A stretch of 64,000 bases of DNA, from NCBI GenBank assembly GCA_964016885.1, contig OZ024741.1, positions 378,076,001 to 378,140,000 on the forward strand. Reading direction: 5' to 3'. Each line of letters opens with the position of its first letter. Position 1 is the first letter of the stretch. The translations under genes and the position numbers were made by a program. The DNA comes from Eledone cirrhosa. Lineage: Eukaryota. Positions 12,969 to 23,578 of the stretch are shown here, piece after piece. Below the pieces are notes generated by a model. It worked only from the letters and a program-made list of their open reading frames with translations. It was not told where the DNA came from and made no database searches.

Positions 12969-13029
12969 TAATAAAAATAATAACAATAATAAAAAACGAG
13001 GGCACGATAAGGATAAATATATATGTTTA

Positions 13030-13125
13030 TACTTTAGGCACAAGGCCAGCAATTACTCAGTTCATTACTGGTACTTTATTTTATCGACCCCGTAAGGATG
13101 GCAGGTAAAGTCAACCTCGGCGGGG
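13030..13125 (-). mobile_element. SINE fragment (family B)
   Basis: GGCACAAGGCCAGCAATT...TTTATCGACCCCGTAAGGATG..AAAGT also occurs at 36301-36380 and partly at ~27135. Confidence 0.65.
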
Positions 13126-13163
13126 ATAAATATATAGCAAATATATAAGAACCCTAGAGCAAA

Positions 13164-13298
13164 TATTTATTAAAATAACAGATTAAAGTTTAAGCAAAGA
13201 TTCGCTGCTTTCACCCGTAACGGAAGCTTTTGAAAATCTCGTTAAGGGTGAAAGCAGCGATTCTTTGCTTAAACATTAATCTGTTATTTTAATGAATA
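13164..13298. repeat. ~135-bp fold-back palindrome made of the terminal ~60 bp of the PLE at 32527-35898
   Basis: Arms TTATTAAAATAACAGATTAAAGTTTAAGCAAAGATTCGCTGCTTTCACCC and its reverse complement, nearly identical to 32527-32585 and 35840-35898. Confidence 0.9.
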
Positions 13299-13303
13299 TA
13301 TAT

Positions 13304-13426
13304 AGTGAAGGCGTGTGGCTGAGTGGTTAGAGAATTGGATTCGCAATCGTGAGGTTGTGAGCTCGATTCCTGGACCAGGCGATGCGTTATGTCCTTGAGC
13401 AAGACACTTTATTTCACATTGCTCCT
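13304..13426 (+). mobile_element. tRNA-derived SINE head (family A), 3'-truncated
   Basis: A box TGGCTGAGTGG, B-box-like GAGCTCGATTCC, then GTCCTTGAGCAAGACACTTTATTTCAC. Homologous to ~18925-19047 on the minus strand. Confidence 0.8.
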
Positions 13427-13934
13427 TCTACCTGGAGTTGCGACAGATAGATAGTATTAGCAATTGGAAAGACCAACGGAAACATTGTTTCCTAGGTCCG
13501 ATGTGACGAAAGTCGATCGTTCCTAAAAAAAAATATATGTATATATTGTAAGTATGTATGTATACGCACATACATATATGTATACAGACGTACAGTAGCA
13601 TGTATATATATACATACAGGCACACATATATATATGCACGTATCAGTTTACCGAACATTTATTATAATGCTCGGTTTCTTCGTTTGTAAACAAACAGCCT
13701 GAATTACGCCGTACAGTGTTTAGGCAACCACGTCACCTTTTTGTTCAACACTGACACAGGAAGGATGTACTAGTTTCAAGCTTATTAGCTATCGTCAGCA
13801 CCGTATACCTTTCTGCCAGATGGTTGAACGTCCGAAAGTATATACTTTCCTTATGAAAATTAACGGCTGAGCATATCGAGTGATTTCAGTCGGCCAGGCG
13901 CACCGAAAACGATATATATATATATTTATATATA

Positions 13935-14275
13935 TATATTAGAAAGTGAGGTTTCTTTTCCAAAATGAAAACAAAACTAATGAAAACACGAGTGGAAGTA
14001 TAAGAAAGAAAGATGAAATCGAAATGCAACTGGAGTCTTTTTTTTTTTTTATATTTATTTGGTTCCTTTACCGGTATTGCAGTCCTTTTGCTTTTCAAAA
14101 GTAGAATTGAGATGGAGGTTTTTCTCACAATGTGAGAAAAATCGCGAACCCTCCATCTCAATTCTACTTTTGAAAAGCAGAAGAACTGCGAAAGCGGTAA
14201 AGGAAGCACATAAATATATATATTTAAAAACAAACAAAGAATCCAGTTTCATTTTTTATTCCATTTTTCTTCCCT
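13935..14275. repeat. Imperfect fold-back palindrome from a second PLE-like terminal repeat
   Basis: TGCTTTTCAAAAGTAGAATTGAGATGGAGG pairs with CCTCCATCTCAATTCTACTTTTGAAAAGCA around an apex at ~14130. A single arm recurs at 18225-18415. Confidence 0.8.
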
Positions 14276-14301
14276 ATATATATATATATATATATATATG
14301 T

Positions 14302-15035
14302 CTAGGGCGGGTAAAATTCCCGAGATCTATGGACCAGTTTTCTCCAGTGGTCTCTGTCCCTCATTATCGCTGCCATGTCCTGCGTCTCCAACAGACTAGT
14401 GTCTGTCCTTAGGGCATCAACATACGTTAACATTGGTCTTCCTCTTCCAGTGTGGCCATGCAGTGTCTCCCACAGGAGCACTGAGTGCAGTGTCAACGCT
14501 GGATGTCGGTGAGCAGCTAACCTCAATCTCCACTGTGTCACTTTTGAACTGACTTTTGGGAAGCTCCCATCCTCATACAGTGAAGGAGGCAGAGGATTTG
14601 ATGCAGGAAGTTGAAACTGTGTCGATGAGTGTGGGGCTGAGAATGATTGAGACTAAGACAAAATATCTGGTAGAGAATGTTGAGAAGCCAGAGAAGATTA
14701 CTAATGTAGGCGGGAAGCCGCTAGAATTGGTTGAGGACTTCCTGTATTTGGGAGCAAAGATTGGGAATACGGAAGATGATGTGTTTAAGAGGAAGAGCAA
14801 AGCCTGAGCGGTATGCCACAGCTTGAGATCGGTGTGGAAGTCGGAACTTCGTGAGGACCTGAAGATCCGCCTCTTCATTGCTATAGTGGAGTCTGTGCTG
14901 CTGTACGCGTCTGAGACTTGGACCAAGAAACTCACTCAGATGGTGGATGGGTGCTACACGAAAATGGTGAGGATGGCTCTGAACATTAAACAGTATACAC
15001 AGAGGATGAAAAACTCAGAGCTGTAGGGGAGCCTA
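14302..15035 (-). mobile_element. RTE-clade LINE 3' fragment with inverted 5' segment
   Basis: Minus 14572->14302 encodes the C-terminus (LPKVSSKVTQWRLRLA..GRGRPMLTYVDALRTDT..MRDRDHWR). Plus 14573-15035 encodes the segment just upstream (GLRMIETKTKY..FLYLG..LKIRLFIAIVESVLLYASETW..MKNSEL). Confidence 0.85.
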
Positions 15036-15402
15036 TATATATATATATATATATTTTGTGTACGTTTATGTATGTGTATATGATGGTGGAATTTGTGGGG
15101 CTGTAATGCGGGTGTATACTCATCGGTATTGATGTGCATACTTACGTTGACGCGCGAGGAGTTAAGGGTTATTGTATGTGTGTTTGCGTGTATGTGTGTG
15201 TGCGCGCGCGCGGAGGGGCACCTTTTGGAGTATGTATTGGTCAGTCAAAGACTTGCTTACATGACACCGGTGTGTCTGGAGTGTGTCACGCGTGGACGAC
15301 CCGGTGGTAGTTTATCGTGTCGAGAAAGAAAGTTCATGTTTTTGTCAAAGAATTAAAAAAAGGGGTCATTGACAATATTCACATATGTATATATATATAT
15401 AA

Positions 15403-15560
15403 ATAGAATTCACAAGAATCAAAGCTATGTTCAAAGCATTTATTCACTTACAAGTGTTTCATCCAAACCTAGGCTCCGAGGACACCAAGCCTAGGTTTGG
15501 ATGAAACAATTGTAAGTGAATAAATGCTTTGAACATAGCTTTGATTTTTGTGAATTCTAT
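15403..15560. repeat. ~155-bp near-perfect fold-back palindrome (PLE-end-like)
   Basis: ATAGAATTCACAAGAATCAAAGCTATGTTCAAAGCATTTATTCACTTACAAGTGTTTCATCCAAACCTAGGCT, a ~12-nt loop, then the reverse complement. The arm contains GAAAC and AATAAA. Confidence 0.85.
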
Positions 15561-15724
15561 ATAATTGCTCTGTAGAACAACTGATGTTATTACATTGAGC
15601 TATTTATCTTACTGGTAATAAGGTAGTAATAAATTACTGACCTTCACTGTTCAGCGTTTAAAATATACATATATACATAACTATAAAAGGTTTTAGTATA
15701 TACATAAGAGTAAATAGTATCCTT

Positions 15725-15761
<37 letters not shown>

Positions 15762-15989
15762 TTTACACGCACGTATAGACAGATAGTCTATATATGTGTG
15801 GGGTCCGGTGGACACACTTACGGGTGCTTGACCCCTCATACACCATGTACATACATATAGCAGAGGTAATAATAATGACAGTAATAATTAAGATATGGTA
15901 TGCAGATAAATATAAAGAGTTATAAGTAGAAGAAGGGTGTTCTAATAGATTTATTTTGCTTGCCTGTGTTTGGTCGACGTATGACTGTA

Positions 15990-17400
15990 AATTACTTGGT
16001 ATTCCTTAGGTTCTGCTCATCTACGTACCTATTAAACATGTGGGCGCGCTGGAGCAAATAATCCATGAGGATATAGGGCTCGCGTTAATGACGTGTTTTT
16101 TTTTCAATTTTGTTATTTCCACTGCATCCCCAAGGCATAACCGACACTGTCGTCCTCTTATGTGGGACGGGTGTTCTCTTCTTATGACGTTCCATTCCAT
16201 TCTAAAGGTGATATTACCGTCCTTCAGCCGTCATACCTGCTCAGGCAACTGATTTGTGATATTTTGTGCCAATGTTTAAAGGAGCATGCATAGTTGTAGA
16301 AACGGGATTTAAAATCTAGGCCAGTTGACCCTATGTATCAATATTCTCTACTGTTTTCCGCATGAAGTGTGCATCTCTATACGATACCGGGGACCAGACA
16401 GTTGTTTGGAAGCGTACACTACGTACGGGATCAGCAGTTGCACTTTCATTTCATGGGGGTGCGGTTGTCTGGAAGCTCAGTGGTGCGGGTTTGTGGATGG
16501 TGTGTGGCGTCGTTTGCTTGGTCGTTGTTCATCTGATGGTTGACACAGTCATATTAACTTGCAACCCGGAATTGGTGGTTGGGTGCAACGTCAGACATAC
16601 CGTGGGAGGTAAATGTTCCGATCACTTTTCGGTGTATCGCCATTATCAAGCTCTCAAGGTTGGGTGCTGTTGAGAAAAAGAATTTGACCGTGTGCCTGTT
16701 GAAGATCTGGTGGTATCTATGTGTTGGAGGGAAGGCACTGCTCAAAGGCCCTGAAGAATATTCCTGGTATGTTTGGATAGACATGTGTAGAATAAGGCGC
16801 GTTGAACCAGGTCACATGCCTATTGTGAGATGTTCGGTGTGCGGTGCATGGCTTTTGTGCGGCGTTGTATTTGGCAGACTGTGCTGGGGTCGGACGTGCG
16901 TTGGGTGGAGTGGTCCGGCTCTCGATCTTTGCATTATAGAGGTGTCTGCGGTTATTTCCTAGGTTGATAGTAAGGTCCGGGAAGTGGGGTTGGTTAGTTC
17001 GGGTTCCATGGTGATGGCCGCGTCAAATGCGGTCTAAGAGTTTGGCACTCCAAACTCTGGTTCCTTTTGTATCAGGGAGACGACAGACCGATAGTCGGGG
17101 ACCGGAACTTGAGGCTTGTTTGGTTCATCCGGTTTGAAGGTGGGCATTGTTATCATGGCTGGTTGTGGTGTTGGTACCAGCTGCGGAAGTAGAATTGTGG
17201 TCGCCATATCTCGGTGCGAACAGGTATATGATCCGTAGGAGGGCGAGCGTTGTCGGATTGTCCACTGCGCCTTGTTGAACCATGGCTTGTACGTTGTTGT
17301 GCCCGAGAAGTTCCACTCAGGTTTGGTCGGGCTAGTGACTAAAATCGAAGTTGCAGCTGCGATTAACTGTTTTCGAAATCATTCTTCAGAGGTTTGCCAG
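15990..17400 (-). mobile_element. Decayed Penelope-like element fragment (post-RT linker + GIY-YIG endonuclease)
   Basis: Minus strand gives VTWFNAPYS (~16810), AFPPTHRYHQIFNRHTVKFFFSTAPNL (ORF 16554..16784; compare HFPPTHNYSNIFNRNTMKISCSTTPNI in ORF 33842..34690), then CNC..C..NNCLVPGIV and YIGSTGLDFKSRFYN (~16290-16445). The upstream boundary is uncertain. Confidence 0.75.
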
Positions 17401-18224
17401 ATAATTCAATGAGGCAATATCGATAAATCTATACGTTATAGCTTAATTAAACCTTAGACAACTGTACACCTATAAATAAGGCAACGCTTCGAGACAGCGT
17501 CCTCGAAATGTTAACGAATGGTAATTATTTATCTCAGCCTAGCAAAAACAAAAATATTCACACTCATAGAGCTGACTAAGCAAACTCATAGACTAAATTA
17601 ATTAAAAGCGTTACCTCTCCTGTAAACACACCAAAATCTCGAACAGAAATAATACAGGAGCAACACACACAGAAGAGGTGGAATTGTGGATTGTCTTTCC
17701 TTGGCAATATGAAATAATCGATTATCAAGAAACCCAGATTCATAGGTCTGCCATGGGATTTTATATTATGTAATGTATCAAAATACGTCTCAGTTTTCAT
17801 AAAATCATTAATAAAAAAAATATTGAAGATCAAATCCATAACTCCGCCTATTTTCTCCAATCCTTGATTATATATATGGCTAACTATATAAAAATATTAA
17901 AATGTTAAAAACCGTCATTGGTCACCCTTCACCATGAATATGGAACTACACAGTTCTAAGGTTAACCCTTGGGAAAGAAACTTATTTTTCTAACTGGATT
18001 AAAAGAAAGAAACCGTACGCAGTCCCGCACTCCTTACTTTGTGATAGTTTCTATATATATATATATATATACATATATATAATATCGTTTTATATTCCCT
18101 ATTTCAACATCTATGTCCAATCTTACTGTGCAGTATTTCAAACAACTTGTCAGCCATTAAATATATATGCATTCATAAATATTTGTTCTCTCCACCATTT
18201 TAAATATATATATATATATAAACC

Positions 18225-18415
18225 ACAAGCCCTCCATCTCAATTCTACTTTTGAAAAGCATAAGAACTACGAAACCGGTGAAGGAACCAAATAAATATTC
18301 TTAAAAAGACTCCAGTTGCATTTTCTATTTCATCTCTTTTCCTTATACTTTCACTCGTGTCGGACATCTCGTTTTTTTTCATTGTGGAAAAAAACCCCTC
18401 ATTTTCTAATATATA
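18225..18415 (+). repeat. Single arm of the 14-kb PLE-like terminal repeat
   Basis: Reverse complement of ~13935-14118; contains TTGAAAAGCATAAGAACTACGAAACCGGTGAAGG..AATAAA. Confidence 0.7.
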
Positions 18416-18454
18416 TGAGAATAGTGGCGGCAAAAACCATTTAAATCATTAACC

Positions 18455-18700
18455 CCTAGAGTAATCTATACTTGGTGTAGTAGAGTGAATAATAAGCGCT
18501 CCTGCGGTTTCAATAGCCAGTTAGCCCTTGAAACGGCAGGAGCTCAGCCCTCGGCGTTTCGAATTTGTCATATATATGTATATATGATAAGAGTCAGGAC
18601 TCAGACAGCTGAGCTCCGGCAGTTTCCATACTATCCACTTTACTAACCTAAGTATTGAGTACTCTGGTGCGCTATGGTCCACCTGGTATCTTATCTGACG
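18455..18700. repeat. Fragments of the GAAACGGC..GCCGTC PLE-end family
   Basis: GAAACGGCAGGAGCTCAGCCCTC and TATCCACT..GAGTACTCTGGTG.G.TATGGTCCA, shared with 20210-20400 and 36040-36225. Confidence 0.6.
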
Positions 18701-18719
18701 CTCTTTGTAGATATATATA

Positions 18720-18783
<64 letters not shown>

Positions 18784-18784
18784 C

Positions 18785-19047
18785 ACATTGATCACAATTG
18801 ATCAGTCTTTCGGGCGCCAATCGGCGCCGCTGGTCACAGCACGTCGTGCTCTTTTAGCCATAAGATAACGCATAAGATAATGGCTGGGCGGGCAGGCCGG
18901 TACTCATTTCTACAGCTGAGTAAACTGGAGGAACGTGAAATAAAGTGTCTTGCTCAAGGAAACAACACAAAACTCGGTCCAAGAATTGAACTCATAACCT
19001 TTTGATTGCAAGCCCAATTGTCTAACCACTAAGCCGTGCGCCTTCAC
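18785..19047 (-). mobile_element. tRNA-derived SINE (family A)
   Basis: Minus strand GTGAAGGCGCACGGCTTAGTGGTTAG (A box), GAGTTCAATTC (B box), CCTTGAGCAAGACACTTTATTTCACG, CAGCTGTAGAAATGAGTACC. Confidence 0.82.
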
Positions 19048-19149
19048 ATATATATATATATGTCTGTGTGTGTGGGTGTGTGTGTATGTGTGTGTGTGTT
19101 GTGTGTGAGTGTGTGTGTTGTGTGTGTTTTGTGTGTGTGTGTCTGTGTG

Positions 19150-19225
<76 letters not shown>
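19048..19225. repeat. (TA)n/(GT)n microsatellite
   Basis: Directly visible. Confidence 0.95.
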
Positions 19226-19233
<8 letters not shown>

Positions 19234-20078
19234 CAGTATTGATGGAGCCGCACCTTATAATTAGAAAAGAAAATTGCAATTCATATCCGATGGAGGCGTT
19301 CCACATCATTCAGTCCTAAAATTCCCAATCAGTAACTGATAAGCAGTCGTGATTAATTCTTTGCATTGCCTTCCATACTAATTCTCAAACGAAGATTATG
19401 ATTTCACTTAGTACTATAAGGGAGGATATAGCTCATTTACTTTCCTCAGAACTTTAGAATTGGACCTTGTAGGGCAATTGTTCTGTATTAGGTGATGTTA
19501 ATTTGCTACCAGTAATAAAGTATTTAAGTCCCGACTAGGCATTATAATGATGTAGAACATTTGTGTTTGTACTAATTGATTATGATTCATAATTGTTATA
19601 TTTGTTTATTTTTCATATAAGATTAACTGTATATAATTACCTAAATAATTCAATAATTACATATAACAGTGATAGGGAATGTATTGCAATATAAATCGGC
19701 ACTCGATATTATTGTAATTATGGCTTACTATCCAACCCTACGTTTCAAGACGAATACCGTGTATTAATTCTGAGATGTAAGTACTAGGTGTGTTTGTTTT
19801 TTTAATTTTATTTTATATCCCTTTATTATTATTATGTCACCTATTATTCATTAACAATATAGTATTTTCATGATACCTGAATATAACTTAACTATTGCAA
19901 CTATCTCTCTTAATATCTCCAAATATTATGTAAATTAGATATACAATTGTTTAGAGGTGAACTAGGCTTGATCTACATAATTAAGACAAATTGCGTTTGT
20001 TAATTTACTCTTACATAGATTATCTTATATAATTTCAGAAATGGTTAGATGATTATTTAATATTGATATGAAAAAATA

Positions 20079-20114
<36 letters not shown>

Positions 20115-20118
<4 letters not shown>

Positions 20119-20162
20119 AAAAAGTATGACCCCGATGGCAGAGCTCAAGCCGTTTCGAATGG

Positions 20163-20209
<47 letters not shown>

Positions 20210-20397
20210 CGAAATAGTTGTGGTAAGGATCCAGATGTACCATAACGCAACAGAATACTCAATACTTAGGGTAGTGGAGTGGGGAATAGGAAAAAGTATG
20301 ACCCCGACGGCAGTGCTCAAGCCCTTTGGACGGTTATTTCAGTCCAGAAATATCCGTTGAAACGGCTTGAGCTCTGCCGTCGGGTGATACTTTTTCC

Positions 20398-20400
<3 letters not shown>
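20115..20400. repeat. PLE-end family: partial arm (20115-20169) plus fold-back palindrome (20287-20399)
   Basis: TAGGAAAAAGTATGACCCCGACGGCAG...CTGCCGTCGGGTGATACTTTTTCCTA, embedded in (TA)n. Confidence 0.8.
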
Positions 20401-20438
<38 letters not shown>

Positions 20439-20517
20439 ATACTTGGAGAGGGTCATATTGTTATAATATTGCCAGAAATAATAACAGAATGCACTCACTG
20501 TTTGGTTTGACTATAGA

Positions 20518-20553
<36 letters not shown>

Positions 20554-20554
<1 letters not shown>

Positions 20555-21359
20555 CTATATATTAATTTCAACAATGTCAGTATTCCGTGCGTCATAATTC
20601 TCGATTATCATTGGTTCATAAGTTTCAAATGACTCCGCCCACCTCAACGACGCCAAACTTAAATGAATATGCATAATGCCAATGAGGGAGTGTGAGGGGA
20701 GAGTAAGAAATAGAGAGGCAAAGTGAACGCTGTAACTATTACCACGTGTGCGTGTGTATGTATGTGTGCGTATGTTTATGTGTGTGTGCGTGAGTGCCGC
20801 GTACCACAGAAAGTAAAAGCAATTCGACTTTATTAAACAGTGAACTACAGCGGCGATGGCGTGCAGCCAGGAATGAAGAAAAATGGGCCGAACAGCGCTA
20901 TCGGAAGGCCGAAATTTAGAGGCGAAGACGCGCCGCCATGAATGAAGAGGAGCTGGCTGAACAACGCCAACGAAACACTGGAGCCAAGCAGCGACGGCGT
21001 ACTGCGATGGTTGAAGAATAACCGGCTGAGCATAATCTTTCATATTAATTATCTACATATAATATAAAAGATTGGCACTTCTATCATCCTTTTTTTAGAA
21101 ACGTTGAACAACCACGTCTATGCAATGATACACGTTTTAAAGTCAGACAGAAGATGAACCATCTCCTGGAGATCACTATTCTAGGTGGGAGCACCTAGAA
21201 TTGTTCATATACTATGCAGAAACGGTACAACGAAGAATCTGGTATATCTGGAAGATTTTTTTAATTGTTTTTTGTATCACTCAGACACAACGGACTCGCC
21301 TCATACTGTAACCAGACAAACATCCAATACAGTCATTTTCTCTTTTACCTGTCTTCTCT
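20554..21359 (+). mobile_element. Non-autonomous Helitron, long copy with 3' end deleted
   Basis: Starts A|TCTATATATTAATTTCAAC. 20554-20673 matches 21856-21974 and 21313-21359 matches 21973-22020. Confidence 0.6.
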
Positions 21360-21513
21360 GATTCTCCTTGACTATTTTCTCCTTAAGTAATAACTTCGCT
21401 TTCACTCTGCTTGTTAATATTGCAACTTTAAACAATGAGAACGCTTTCCTAACGCATATGGCATGTAGTATAATATATCTTTCTATTCTCCTCTGCGAGT
21501 TTGTTCTACAACA

Positions 21514-21674
<161 letters not shown>

Positions 21675-21785
21675 TAATAGTACTTAGTGCAGTAGAGTGG
21701 GTAATAAGAAAAGAGTCAGTTCGGATTAAGCTGTCGAAGGCGTCAGTTCGGATCTAGCTAAGCCGTAGGCGTCCTGAACACTTTC

Positions 21786-21847
<62 letters not shown>

Positions 21848-21855
21848 ATATATAA

Positions 21856-22061
21856 TCTATATATTAATTTCAACAATGTCAGTATTCCTTGCGTCATAAT
21901 TCTCGATTATCATTGGTTCATAAGTTTCAAATGACTCCGCCCTCCTCAACGACGCCAAACTTAAATGAATATGCAGACAAACATCCAATACAGTCATTTT
22001 CTCTTTTACCTGTCTTCTCTTATCATCTGTTTACCCGGGCGAAGCTGGGTACATCAGCTAG
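21856..22061 (+). mobile_element. 206-bp non-autonomous Helitron
   Basis: 5' A|TC; 3' CCCGGGCGAAGCTGGG hairpin followed by CTAG|T (22058-22061); no TSD. These are canonical Helitron termini. Confidence 0.75.
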
Positions 22062-22617
22062 TAATAATAATGTTTGAATGCTATAATCTCCCCTTGAACA
22101 ATAAGATAGATGTCTTTTATTTACACCAGCGTGGCCTGTTTATTTCGATATGAATGAATTATTATGTTGTTTTTTTAATATATTGAATGTTCATTTGGAT
22201 GAGGTAAAGATATCCTTATCTTTGAAGAACATTCTTATCAACATTTTTTGAATTTTTCTGACGATTATGGAATGATATATTTTTATCGGTGATTTCAGTT
22301 TGAAATTTCTTTCTACTTAAGTTTTGCAGCGTTAGATTATTCAACTATGTGAAACATGTTATAACGAATAAACAACTATGATAAGAGTACTCTGATTCTC
22401 CTTGACTATTTTCTCCTTAAGTAATAACTTCGTTTCACTCTACTTGCTAATATTGCAACTTTAAACAATGAGAACGCTTTCATAACGCATATGGCATGTA
22501 GTATAATATATCTTTCTATTCTCCTCTGCGAGTTTGTTCTACAACAATTCTATATATATATATATATATATACACACTAATACCCACCCAAAGAAATACA
22601 CACACACACACACACAC

Positions 22618-22692
<75 letters not shown>

Positions 22693-22831
22693 ATAATAGT
22701 ACTTAGGGCAGTAGAGTGGGTAATAAGAAAAGAGTCAGTTCGGATTAAGCTGTCGAAGGCGTCAGTTCGGATCTAGCTAAGCCGTAGGTGTCCTGGAACC
22801 TTTCATATATAATCATATACATATATATATA

Positions 22832-23537
22832 TATAAGGAATTCATATCTAGTAACATTTATATACATACAGATGCATATCAATGCCAGCAAATATATAGG
22901 TTTTGTATTATTAACAATGTGGTTCAATGCATGGGGTTGCAGAACAATAATATGAGAGACGTAAAATAAGAAAATTATAAAATTAACTTACTTACTAAAA
23001 AATCACTTCCAACTAATTAGTTTCTGGAATGGAGTAAATATATTTTCCGAAGAATCATATGGAAAATCATTCCGTCATCAGGAAAGTCTTTTTCCGTATA
23101 GATCTCCAGGCATAGCGAGGACACTGGAAACTTATTAAAAAAATAATTCAGTGGAATGGAAATAGCGAAGCGTGGACTGGAATCCAAGCCATTGAGAAAA
23201 TCACTGCCTCTTCGTCTGTGGCAAATAAATATATTTACTCCATATATATATGTGTGTGCGTGTGAGTATGTATGTGTGTGTGCGTGTGTGTATTAGAAAT
23301 TGAAGCTTTTACCCTATTTGTTACTAAAGATATTTTAGCATGATAGTGGGGTTAAGAACGTTAATGAACTTAAGGGAAAATAATGAGTATGTATGTACAT
23401 ATACGTCAACACCTATTTTGTTCCATTTATTAGAGGCTTTTTAACACCACAATCAGGCTAAAGTGTCTTTACTTAGAAATATGGCGAAACTTTTATTTCT
23501 AATTTCAAACTATCTTGCTGTTTTTAAACAAAATTAC

Positions 23538-23578
<41 letters not shown>

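Noticed and set aside
13304-13380. tRNA gene (also 18975-19047 and 36390-36477)
   Set aside because: A and B boxes are present, but there is no complete cloverleaf and the sequence runs into a repeated SINE body.
16420-16445. Selenocysteine TGA codon in a Naiad-type PLE
   Set aside because: The in-frame TGA follows CNC at a position that is Arg in the 34.4-kb element, so it is more likely an Arg codon mutated to a stop. I saw no TGA at Cys positions in the 33-35 kb element.
17576-17860. Possible host exon (94-aa minus-strand ORF with a GTAACG donor-like site)
   Set aside because: No recognisable domain, a non-ATG start and no partner exons; unsupported without RNA data.
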